A stretch of DNA of 64,000 nucleotides from a bacterium. GTDB taxonomy: Bacteria; Patescibacteriota; Minisyncoccia; Minisyncoccales; UBA10102. Shown here in pieces: positions 34,301 to 40,947 of this stretch. The DNA is taken from positions 76,947 through 140,946 of the forward strand of contig JAUSJT010000001.1 of assembly GCA_030647485.1 (NCBI GenBank). The letters are read 5' to 3'. A model generated the notes under the pieces. The model was not told where the DNA came from. It saw only the letters and a list, made by a program, of their open reading frames with translations, and searched no databases. Position 1 is the stretch's first letter, and every line of letters begins with the position of its first letter. The position numbers and the translations under genes were made by a program.

Positions 34301-36883
34301 ACTATCACGGTTTTGAACGCAAGCCAAAGCAACGTGAACTTTACGCCTACTGGAACAGGGACCTTTTACACGGTGTCTGGTAGGGTGTACCAAGACATTA
34401 CCGTTGGAGGCGGATTTAACGGGTCAGACGTTGCCATTCAAGGATCGTTTGTGAGAATATCAGGGAACAGCACTTCCAACGAAGCCATCACCGGAGCTGA
34501 CGGAACCTACAGTGTGAAAGTGCCCTCAGGTACAGGGTATACCATAAAGGCATCCGCTCCTGGTATTGGAGAACTAGCAGGGCTTTCTGGAGTAAGCGTT
34601 TTAGCAGACACTGCGAATCAAGACATTACATTGACAGTTCCCCGAACCATTACCATCACATTAAGCACGTCTGTTGCAGAGGCATTTATAGAATTGTTCT
34701 CATCTACGGGAGTGGGCGGCAGGGTTGTAATTAAGAACACCACGACCGGAATCTTGAGCGTGCCAAACGGAGACTACAGCGTGAATGTGCAGATGCCAGG
34801 AGTTGTTTTGACAAGCACTGCTATTGCCGCAACTACCGGAGATACTGTGTATAGCAATACTACAGGAATTGTGGCTGTGAACGGCGCTGAAGGATTAACC
34901 GTAACCGTGCCTACCTTGAGAACCGTATCTGGAACGGTCACAGACGGATCTGCCGCGGTTGCAGACGCATGGGTTGAAATTGCTGACTCTTCCAACGGAG
35001 CGCGCACAGGAGTAAAAGCAGGATCTGACGGGACATTCACCCTGAAAGTCACAAATTCTGCAACCGCCTACAAGATAAACGCAATGAAACCAGGGTACTT
35101 TAGGGATGCAACTTCTATAACCGTGACTTCGGCGGTGGCGAATGCAACTTTGACAGGTCTAACCATTGCCATGTCAGCTTCCACTCTTTCCATTACAGGC
35201 ACGGTCTACATCGGTTCAACAGGTGCGGCGAACGCTTTTGTGCGGGCAGAAAAGCAGGGAGGAGGATTTTCGGGAACGCAGGCTGATGCAACCGGAGCAT
35301 ATACCTTGCCGGTCAACGCAGGCACATGGAGGGTATATGGAGTTGCAGATGGATACGCCGAAGCTGCAGCCGCTAGCGCGGTTGTTATTGCTTCCTCTTC
35401 TCAAAGCGGAGTGAATATTACGGTGAGTACCACGGTTTCTTTGGCAGCTCCAAAGTCCAAGCCCATGATACCTGCTTCTGGAGGAACGCTTGAAGACGCA
35501 ACATCTGGAATAAAGATTACTGTTCCAGAAAAAGCTTTAGGTTCTTCTATGTCTGCCGGGAATATTCAGGCAAAACAGACCAATAACGTGAGGTCTACTT
35601 CAACTTCAAAGCCAGTGGGAGGAAAGGCGCAAGAGATTAAGGCAATTGATTCTGATAACAATGCGATCACAACGCTCCCGCTTCCTGTCACAGTTGAAAT
35701 GACCTTGACCTTGGCGGAAATGGTAGCTACTGTTTCTTCGAGCGATTCTTCAATTAACACCCTGGCTGAAGCAGATACCTTGAAAATGGGATATTGGGAT
35801 GATAGCGCGCAGTCATGGATAACGCTTGCTTCCACAATAACGTACAAGAATTCTGCTGGTACGGTGATTACAGATGAAACAACCATTGATACGGCAGCCG
35901 AGTTTAGCGCAACCGTGGCAACCGCAACAGTGTCTGCGAGCACAGATCACTTCTCTCTGTATGCTCCTATTTCGTCAGTTGGTTCTGCCCCTCCAGCAAC
36001 TCCAACAGGATTGGCTGCAGTGACCGGAGGCCAAACGCAAATAAATCTTTCCTGGACCGCGGTCACTTCTGATCCTGCTGCAACGGGATATGATATTTAC
36101 CGAAGCGCCACCTCTGGGGGAACATATGATCGCGTGGGATCTGAACCAACAGTGTCTTCTGGGTCTACTACCGCGTTTTCTGACACCGGGTTGTCTAGCG
36201 GAGTCACGTACTTCTATAAGATAAGCGCCGTGAACGCATCAGGAGAGTCTGCTTCTTCTAGCGCGGTTTCAACAGCAACCAGTACTGCTGGCGCAGGAGC
36301 TACTGGAGGTTCATCATCTACGTCTATCACAACGCCAGTAACCACACCGACTACGCCAACCATAACAACCACAACACCGACTACTACTCCAACAATTCCA
36401 ACCCCAACCCCAGCCACAACTACCACTCCAACAACGTTACAGCTCATTGCAATCCCAGCAGTTCCTGCTAACCCAACTACAGCTCAAGTTCAGGCGGCGA
36501 TTGTCGCAATTCTGAACAACATCAGCTACTTAAGAGCCCAGTTGGCCATACTCATAGCAACGGAACAGCCAGGATCAAAAGACGTGCCTCCGCATTGCCG
36601 CGGCATTGTATTCTCCAATGCTCTGAAAGTTGGAAGCACGGGAAATGAGGTGAAGTGCTTGCAAGCGTTGTTGAACCAGGATACTAGTACCAAGGTTACT
36701 TCTTCTGGAGTAGGTTCTCCTGGCAACGAGACCACACTCTTTGGCTCATTAACCAAGGCAGCAGTCGTGAAATTCCAAGAGAAGTACGCCTCAAGTATTC
36801 TGACTCCATCTGGCTTAACCGCTGGCACTGGAATCATTGGGCCAGCCACCAGAGCAAAACTCAACGCCCTGCTCGGCAAGTAA
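28304..36883 (+). CDS. 2859-aa giant surface protein with Ig-like/SbsA-like domains, carboxypeptidase-regulatory-like repeats, FN3, TP linker and a coiled-coil plus PG-binding anchor
   Basis: Signal peptide. Repeated G(T/K/R)V.D..g....A.V......g....TD..G.y.l motifs (e.g. GKVTDGTNTVQGASVFAYRTDGPGFANANTDSAGTYTLYV). FN3-like segment PTGLAAVTGGQTQINLSWTAV...YFYKISAVNASGES. C-terminal anchor paralogous to 26300-26745. Confidence 0.85.
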   Translation: MKTKVFQKVVSITLSITTILWSFGAPLGVLFAPGTARAAVAIVVSPGTVNANFPGPIMAGSAATAVAKISVTASVISQTVQAVAVNFSGTGFLTTDLLAIATGDTSGVALYEDTGNVAGTFVAGSDPVVTLAGTPNWTSSTTNITLTPATSVALTSTVAKIFYIVIKTAAPGTLLNGDQIVATIPAGGVVTTEGANSSSVTLTPVIADTVVPTISSVSGFSGSTTVTVNFSEPVQKVGGGNLAFVSVTNPLDYTDGGGTAEDIASAGIAHTAGQPMATITMDATIDAEDVDAGPATMAAGSNNIADMAGNVMLTTPARNFSSPLTITTVVVPSAIAGASYASESPLVQFAASGGTGSPSFTANSAGDTATLSALALTLGTDGKLTTATTLANTPGSFQVNIKVTAGTTATKLFTINVQPIGGGAIPGITGVAPAGAGTSSTPSIVITGSNTTFTSASVVTVSLPPGSADTNGITVGVITRNSATSITAPLTIDSTATAGSRDVRVVTGAEVVNMPGGFGVFTSGGSGLGLLLPTDAATSVLLPSPSFNFTPSSNTTTLNSYRITVASTSDFATKVWDYTFPKPSDGSNTNGSHCSSTGCNVNYGAGTFLILTQPVSLTPNTTYYWKVSTYAEATGSVSAAPVALETTGMRSLTTTASVSDSTPPTIMHRPVFQAKASTNLVMFARVMDNLATSTSTPALTTKIIYCPGSGCTPTTSTGQANGSSVGAGYFSYTIPSATISTAGTIVRYYLQASDGTTNPQNFYQTGTTPFQLTSVAAAEGSVTITGTVKDSTNTCATAVQSARVFAEGTGFSATTDGSCAFTLGGASPNGLFTGTYDLVALKDGYGNRTIDGIPAGATSIPFQLTSGAGGGFGGDTTKPTVRFTMPGNDMTNMPGGDSNMKIVVVFSKTMSQSSITSTNLTVNDATTGSLVPITANGSWIYYSTAPTNTPMIPPEANMAVWSLTSPNTLGNNKTIAVVVTSNVTDTAGNSVQGNQSDGSYAFSFTTSNSTFTGTLSGTQSFGQGAFMPPRVIGTTPTPGSSSAPTNTKVVINFSDPMADDSGTYVLKNYVKLFTVSGTTETDVSSSAIDTVTLSTSKLSAVVTLKSTYNSGAFAASTKYRVKALGGAKGSSGMTLGIPGQESSVFYTLEFTTGTGGDTAAPTVVGSYPSNGDAGVQVNVGAMNVGFSKDMDPSTISTSTITLTVGSTSVNGTVEYRPLERMAYFLPRSVLNANTAYTLTVTTGVTGLNGTPLGTAVTKTFTTGSADSIVPAMSFMNADDFGIALTFSEPMNAAKATDTMNWATSVLNPLAYNVIKYGSVAFDPASVGTAVSLASATFSYDTTSSTVLIKGLAIAAAIGQELYLSMDVSPSSNSAKDLSANVITSAGNTSRTTIGNSLTTKGSLGPMATTTDAFSGGGTFIPTNFSSTTFGFAPPVNVMPRNMMAGKTTTYMVMVPISKQIPISGTIVLTFPTGFDVTAAQQDLNSPMRTDLNGPGTGTPTFKCTTNVAGGKSCAGGATVTGDTSSGDDATKGGLADDGVVVNTPARTVTVNLSSATNSGGNDFLNIDIAGIVNSSVPKDFNTAGYTVDIKTKNGATVLESLTSMPFFIQTAGSYTLSGTITATGATGLTAKVYLMSPMTGPTETTSGTFAANAGAYSFTALPAGEYMLFTDQTVTLTGGEFTGKTAPERVVISEATDLASDTVNNDVIDYDFTLANNASTNDATVLVDITGTVGELLDVFAGSSMGTGFKVKQVTLDTSPKTVTLRLAVGKWFVGVGPQMPKGPMGGPPPAPNYIMPRPLDITVVTISPDTFVENSGTANNGTLAFTLTSATKSIQGLVKDGSGKVMANAEVYAYSPQGGFGTHANTDTAGAFTLSVVDGSYIVGSFIPGMPPSKEVPVVVTSHSTQYLLIDGATTTITPATAATTFVLKVAKPDYTISGKVTDGTNTVQGASVFAYRTDGPGFANANTDSAGTYTLYVSNGTWKVGSFLPQYGNLTEQTITVLNASQSNVNFTPTGTGTFYTVSGRVYQDITVGGGFNGSDVAIQGSFVRISGNSTSNEAITGADGTYSVKVPSGTGYTIKASAPGIGELAGLSGVSVLADTANQDITLTVPRTITITLSTSVAEAFIELFSSTGVGGRVVIKNTTTGILSVPNGDYSVNVQMPGVVLTSTAIAATTGDTVYSNTTGIVAVNGAEGLTVTVPTLRTVSGTVTDGSAAVADAWVEIADSSNGARTGVKAGSDGTFTLKVTNSATAYKINAMKPGYFRDATSITVTSAVANATLTGLTIAMSASTLSITGTVYIGSTGAANAFVRAEKQGGGFSGTQADATGAYTLPVNAGTWRVYGVADGYAEAAAASAVVIASSSQSGVNITVSTTVSLAAPKSKPMIPASGGTLEDATSGIKITVPEKALGSSMSAGNIQAKQTNNVRSTSTSKPVGGKAQEIKAIDSDNNAITTLPLPVTVEMTLTLAEMVATVSSSDSSINTLAEADTLKMGYWDDSAQSWITLASTITYKNSAGTVITDETTIDTAAEFSATVATATVSASTDHFSLYAPISSVGSAPPATPTGLAAVTGGQTQINLSWTAVTSDPAATGYDIYRSATSGGTYDRVGSEPTVSSGSTTAFSDTGLSSGVTYFYKISAVNASGESASSSAVSTATSTAGAGATGGSSSTSITTPVTTPTTPTITTTTPTTTPTIPTPTPATTTTPTTLQLIAIPAVPANPTTAQVQAAIVAILNNISYLRAQLAILIATEQPGSKDVPPHCRGIVFSNALKVGSTGNEVKCLQALLNQDTSTKVTSSGVGSPGNETTLFGSLTKAAVVKFQEKYASSILTPSGLTAGTGIIGPATRAKLNALLGK

Positions 36884-36885
36884 TT

Positions 36886-36928
36886 CCTTAGCTAAGCTAA
36901 GTTATCCACACCTTAGCTAAGCTAAGTT
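36886..36928. repeat. Two 18-bp direct repeats (CCTTAGCTAAGCTAAGTT), each holding the 10-bp palindrome CTTAGCTAAG
   Basis: Copies at 36886-36903 and 36911-36928, separated by atccaca. Together with the preceding tt this forms TTATCCACA. Confidence 0.8.
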
Positions 36929-36939
36929 TTGCCAAGAGT

Positions 36940-36965
36940 CCCGCTTGTGCGGGGCTTTTGGTTTT
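36940..36965 (+). terminator. Intrinsic terminator of the giant gene
   Basis: CCCGCttgtGCGGG followed by gcttttggtttt. Confidence 0.6.
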
Positions 36966-36980
36966 GGTATAGTGGAACAT

Positions 36981-37610
36981 ATGCAAAGGATTCTCTTATT
37001 GTTTAAAAATCCAGCAGTTGTTGTCTTCTTATTTGCCGTTGCGGGCATTGGTGCATTTTTTGGCATTCAATACGTGCAAGACCAGAAAGAATTGCGGTAT
37101 TTTGAAGGGCTGGCTGCCAAGCGTTCTGACGGGTCGCAGTTTGTTGAACAACTTCTCAAAGCAAGGAAGGACCTGAAAGATAGTAATAAAGACAATGATT
37201 TTGCCGCCTATGCGAACATTGGGGTGAATCTGAATATCTTTGGGGAAAAGGCAGAAGCGTTGCAGTGGTATGGGAAAGCGCTTCTCATAGATCCCGAGAG
37301 CCTCCTTGTTTTGAATAATGTGGCAGACATATACTCTGACCTTGGCCAGTATGACAAGGCAGAACAGAATTGGCTGAAACTCACAGAGCTATATCCCGAC
37401 AAAACCATGTTTTACCGTTCGCTCGGGTATTTATACTGGTACCGCATGCAAAAGAGCCCCCAAGACATTGAAGCATTGTTCAAGAAGGGGCTGGCAGCGA
37501 CGAATAACAATGCCGATCTTCTCACATGGCTTATTTCCTATTTCTCTGAAACAGGAAACAACGTAAAGTTCGCAGAATATGCCAATCTTCTCAATGCAGG
37601 AAAGAAGTAA
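36981..37610 (+). CDS. TPR-repeat protein with N-terminal TM helix
   Basis: ATG 36981 lies downstream of the terminator, so the ORF-track start 36945 is unlikely. TPR-like AEALQWYGKALLIDPESLLVLNNVADIYSDLGQYDKAEQNWLKL. Confidence 0.7.
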   Translation: MQRILLLFKNPAVVVFLFAVAGIGAFFGIQYVQDQKELRYFEGLAAKRSDGSQFVEQLLKARKDLKDSNKDNDFAAYANIGVNLNIFGEKAEALQWYGKALLIDPESLLVLNNVADIYSDLGQYDKAEQNWLKLTELYPDKTMFYRSLGYLYWYRMQKSPQDIEALFKKGLAATNNNADLLTWLISYFSETGNNVKFAEYANLLNAGKK

Positions 37611-39297
37611 ACAAGGCGTATTGGTTGGTATACTGTTCCTTATCCTTCCGCTGTTTGTTTCTGCAGACATCGTAGGAGAGAGGAAGAGTTTTTTTGTTGA
37701 TTCTTCATATGACGAGTTAAAGCGCGATACGCTTGAAGCAACCCTTCGCGTAGCCAATTCAAAGGCGTATTTTTACATTGAAGACGCCTGGTGGAATGGT
37801 TTGTCTTTGTCTGATCAATATGCAACCGAGCAGGTTGTTATTGCGTTGGCGCAGGAATTTGAGCAAAATATCTATCCTTCTCTCACGCAGGTATTCGGGT
37901 TTGAATGGAAGCCCGGCATTGACAACAATGACGCAATAACCGTTCTTCTGCACTTGATGCGCCAAGACGCAGGCGGTTACACCGACTACGGGAACGAATA
38001 CTCCAAATTGCAGAACCCGAAATCAAATGAGAGGGAAATGGTCTATGTAAACCTTCGCCAGCTGCACGCTCCCTTGATGAAAAACTTTCTCGCTCACGAG
38101 TTCACCCACCTTATAACTTTCAATCAGAAAGACAAAATAAGGAACGTTTCAGAAGAGGTCTGGTTAAATGAGGTGCGCGCGGAATACGCCCCGACCCTTA
38201 TGGGGTATGACGCGAACTATGAAAACAGTAACTTAAAGCAGCGCATCAAGAACTTTCTGGATAAGCCTTCCAATTCTCTCACGGAATGGGAAAGCAAGAC
38301 GTATGACTATGGCGCAGCAAATCTCTTTGCGCAGTATTTGGTTGACCAGTATGGGAAGGAGGTCCTTGTCGATTCTCTGAAATCTTCCAAAGTAGGCATT
38401 GCTTCCGTGAACGAGGCGCTGACGAAGGGAGCGTTTCAGGAGGACTTTTCGCAGGTGTTCACAAATTGGGTTATTACGCTGTTTTTGAACGATTGCGCGT
38501 ATGGCGCCAGGTACTGCTACCATAATCCCCATTTGGTGAATTTTCGCGTTATTCCACAGACGAATTTCTTCCCTTCTATTGGAGAAAATATCTTGGTGCT
38601 GAACAATGTAACCCAGGATTGGGTAGGGAATTGGTATAAAATAGTGGGAGGAAAAGACACGCTCAAGGTTGAGTTTAGAGGAGACCCCGGAGGAGTGTTC
38701 CGGGTGCCGTATATTATAGAAGACGCGCAACGGAAATTCTCTGTTCAATTTCTCTTTTTGAATGGGGAGAATAATGGGGAGCTGTTCATACCCAAATTCA
38801 ACAGCGACGTGCGGTCTGTTATCGTTCTCCCAATATCTCAAAAGAAGATTCAGGAATTGGACGAGAAACATCCTGCGTATCCATTTTCTCTCTCTATCTC
38901 TACAACGAAGCGATCCCCGGAAGCGGAGCAGGAACTTATCACCCAGCTTCTCTTGCAAATTGATGTTTTGAAAAAGAGAATCGCGGAGTTGCAGGCGGAG
39001 TTAGCTCGAACCCTCGGGAATCAGGGAGGTATTCCATGTATGCAGCTCACCAAGAACTTGTTTTTTGGTATGAGAGGGGATAGCGAGGTGAGTTGCCTCC
39101 AAGAGTTCCTGAAGTTGAAAGAACCGGAGCTGTATCCTGAAGGGTTGGTTTCTGGCAACTTCTTTGCTCTTACCCAAGCTGCGGTGGTACGGTTCCAGGA
39201 GAAATACCAATCTGAAGTGCTAGCTCCTCTAGGCCTTGCCCAAGGAACAGGATATGTTGGATCTTTGACCCGCAAGAAACTCAACGAGCTGTTCTAG
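37594..39297 (+). CDS. Secreted HExxH zinc-metallopeptidase-like protein with C-terminal coiled-coil plus PG-binding anchor
   Basis: Signal peptide from Met 37594. LAHEFTHLITF (HExxH). C-terminal coiled coil (LLLQIDVLKKRIAELQAELAR) then GDSEVSCLQEFLK...FALTQAAVVRFQEKY. Confidence 0.75.
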   Translation: MQERSKQGVLVGILFLILPLFVSADIVGERKSFFVDSSYDELKRDTLEATLRVANSKAYFYIEDAWWNGLSLSDQYATEQVVIALAQEFEQNIYPSLTQVFGFEWKPGIDNNDAITVLLHLMRQDAGGYTDYGNEYSKLQNPKSNEREMVYVNLRQLHAPLMKNFLAHEFTHLITFNQKDKIRNVSEEVWLNEVRAEYAPTLMGYDANYENSNLKQRIKNFLDKPSNSLTEWESKTYDYGAANLFAQYLVDQYGKEVLVDSLKSSKVGIASVNEALTKGAFQEDFSQVFTNWVITLFLNDCAYGARYCYHNPHLVNFRVIPQTNFFPSIGENILVLNNVTQDWVGNWYKIVGGKDTLKVEFRGDPGGVFRVPYIIEDAQRKFSVQFLFLNGENNGELFIPKFNSDVRSVIVLPISQKKIQELDEKHPAYPFSLSISTTKRSPEAEQELITQLLLQIDVLKKRIAELQAELARTLGNQGGIPCMQLTKNLFFGMRGDSEVSCLQEFLKLKEPELYPEGLVSGNFFALTQAAVVRFQEKYQSEVLAPLGLAQGTGYVGSLTRKKLNELF

Positions 39298-39303
39298 GGT
39301 TGA

Positions 39304-39332
39304 CCCCCACCACTTAAAATTAAGTATGGGGG
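39304..39332. repeat. Variant C-rich/G-rich hairpin
   Basis: CCCCCACCACTTAaaatTAAGTATGGGGG, 7 nt after the stop codon. Confidence 0.55.
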
Positions 39333-39336
39333 TTAT

Positions 39337-39364
39337 CCCCACACTCATAGTATGAGTAGTGGGG
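39337..39364. repeat. CCCCAC...GTGGGG hairpin element, copy C
   Basis: CCCCACACTCAtagtaTGAGTAGTGGGG, immediately followed by ATTGACAAA as in copy A. Confidence 0.7.
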
Positions 39365-39365
39365 A

Positions 39366-39394
39366 TTGACAAATTTCCATTGATTTGCTATGAT
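39366..39394 (+). promoter_or_regulatory. Consensus sigma70-type promoter with no protein gene behind it
   Basis: TTGACA (39366-39371), 17 nt, TATGAT (39389-39394). Confidence 0.6.
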
Positions 39395-39400
39395 GGTTTT

Positions 39401-39481
39401 GGTGAGTGTGAGTTCCAAGCAATTGGATACTTCAATGTAAGACGACGACAGACCTCTCTATAGCGAGGTCTGTTGTTTTTT
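39401..39481 (+). ncRNA. Candidate ~80-nt small RNA (orphan promoter-to-terminator unit)
   Basis: Predicted TSS ~39401. Ends at hairpin ACAGACCTCtctatagcGAGGTCTGT followed by TGTTTTTT (39448-39481). The only internal ORF is a 12-codon GTG-initiated frame. Confidence 0.45.
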
Positions 39482-39714
39482 AAGAGCGTTTTTGATAGTA
39501 TAGAGGCGGATCGGGAGCAGCGCTCACTAAGTCTTACAACTGGAGTCAAGCGCTCCCGGTCCATTTTGGGAATAATCGCTTGATAAACTTATTTTCATAC
39601 TATCGTTCCTCAAAATCCCCAGCGAGATTTTGGGAACTGCGCTCTCGGCAATTTCATGAACCATGCGAAATTGCCTCCGAGGGCTAGTCTGAAAATTAGT
39701 TTATCCGCTCTAGT

Positions 39715-40662
39715 ATGCCAGATACGTTGAGTAGATTTCTTGGAGGATTACAAAAGAACGTGTCTCTGAAGAAATACACGACGTTTCGCATTGGCGGGAA
39801 CGCCAAGTATTTTTTTATTGCGAGAACCATTCCCCTTGTCATTAAAGCAATTAAAGTGGCAAGGGATTTGCGAACCCCCTTTTTTATTCTGGGAGGAGGA
39901 AGCAATCTTGTAGTTTCAGATAAAGGATTCTCTGGCTTAGTGGTTCACATTCAGACAAAGAAATACAGAATAGAAGCCGGAAAGTTTTTTTGCGAAGCCG
40001 GAGTTTCAATGGCGACATTGGTCAAAGAGACCGGGAAGAGAGGGCTCTCTGGTTTTGAATGGGCAGGCGGATTGCCAGGGTCTGTGGGGGGAGCAATACG
40101 CGGCAACGCAGGAGCATTCAAGGGAGAGATCAAAGATAATATTCTTTGGGTTATAGCGCTTGATAAGAAAGGGCGGGAAAAGCTGTTCTTAAGAAACAGA
40201 TGCAAATTTTCTTATCGTTCCTCCTTATTCAAAGAAAAAGGATTAGTGATTCTCTCTGCGGCGTTTTCGTTAAAGAAAGGGAATAAGCGCGCCATACAAT
40301 CAATTGCCGCAGACCACATTGCATATCGCAAAGAAAGGCATCCCTTAGAATATCCCAACGCAGGAAGCGTGTTTAAAAACTGTGATCTTAAGAAATTTTC
40401 CCTTGCTTTGCAAAAAAAGCTCCAGCCCGCAGTAAAGATAGATCCGTTCCCCGTGGTTCCTACTGCGTATCTCAACGACCAGGCCGGTTTAAAGGGTGTG
40501 CGCCAAAATGCTATTCAAGTTTCGGTAAAACACCCCAATTGCATGGTGAATCTTGGGAAAGGAAAGGCAAAAGATGTGATTCTGCTGATGCAGAAAGTGA
40601 AAAAAATCATCAAAAAGAAGTTTGGAGTTGAGTTAGAACAGGAGATAGAGTTCGTTGAGTGA
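39715..40662 (+). CDS. murB: UDP-N-acetylenolpyruvoylglucosamine reductase
   Basis: 315 aa. FAD-binding N-terminus (TFRIGGNAKYFF, LGGGSNLV) and typical MurB C-terminal region (NAGSVFKN). Confidence 0.9.
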   Translation: MPDTLSRFLGGLQKNVSLKKYTTFRIGGNAKYFFIARTIPLVIKAIKVARDLRTPFFILGGGSNLVVSDKGFSGLVVHIQTKKYRIEAGKFFCEAGVSMATLVKETGKRGLSGFEWAGGLPGSVGGAIRGNAGAFKGEIKDNILWVIALDKKGREKLFLRNRCKFSYRSSLFKEKGLVILSAAFSLKKGNKRAIQSIAADHIAYRKERHPLEYPNAGSVFKNCDLKKFSLALQKKLQPAVKIDPFPVVPTAYLNDQAGLKGVRQNAIQVSVKHPNCMVNLGKGKAKDVILLMQKVKKIIKKKFGVELEQEIEFVE

Positions 40663-40813
40663 TGTTTTGGGTTATCCACATTGACACTATGTGCTGCAGG
40701 TGAGAAAATAATATAAGACGTTGCGGGTAGTAAAAATGCGGTCGATGCTATTCGCCAGTGTACTATATCGTTGAACATATTTTCTCGACACAATTCGGGA
40801 ATACAATATACCT

Positions 40814-40852
40814 ATGGCAAAAAAGAAAGGAGGAAAGAAGAAGAAGAAATAA
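40814..40852 (+). CDS. 12-codon Lys-rich upstream ORF (MAKKKGGKKKKK), candidate leader peptide
   Basis: ATG GCA AAA AAG AAA GGA GGA AAG AAG AAG AAG AAA TAA. Stops 16 nt before the first hairpin arm. Translation is unproven. Confidence 0.3.
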   Translation: MAKKKGGKKKKK

Positions 40853-40868
40853 CAATTGTCTTCTCTGA

Positions 40869-40947
40869 ACAATCCCGTTTCTGAAAAGAAGCGGGATTGT
40901 TTTTTTAGAACAATCCCGCTTCTCCAAAGAATCAGGGTTGTTTTTTT
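40869..40947 (+). promoter_or_regulatory. Four-segment alternative-hairpin element (two tandem terminator hairpins, attenuator-like) upstream of speH
   Basis: Seg1 40869-40882 pairs with seg2 40887-40900 (14 bp, GAAA loop, U6). Seg3 40910-40923 pairs with seg4 40928-40941 (weaker, U7). Seg2 and seg3 are perfectly complementary over 14 bp. Confidence 0.5.

Noticed and set aside
38233-38958. 241-aa minus-strand ORF inside the HExxH peptidase gene
   Set aside because: The + strand frame carries the signal peptide, the HExxH motif and the anchor module. The antisense ORF has no supporting signals.
39482-39714. Attempt to identify the structured region as SRP RNA, tmRNA or 6S RNA
   Set aside because: It has no GNAR-tetraloop helix-8 motif with AGCA/GGAA symmetric loops, no tRNA-like acceptor/T-arm ends, and no single long irregular hairpin with a central bubble. 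It is left as an unassigned structured candidate.
21923-40680. DnaA-box nonamers as a replication origin
   Set aside because: There are only three perfect boxes, spread over 19 kb. There is no AT-rich unwinding element and no dnaA or dnaN nearby. I kept it as a possible transcription-factor-site observation instead.
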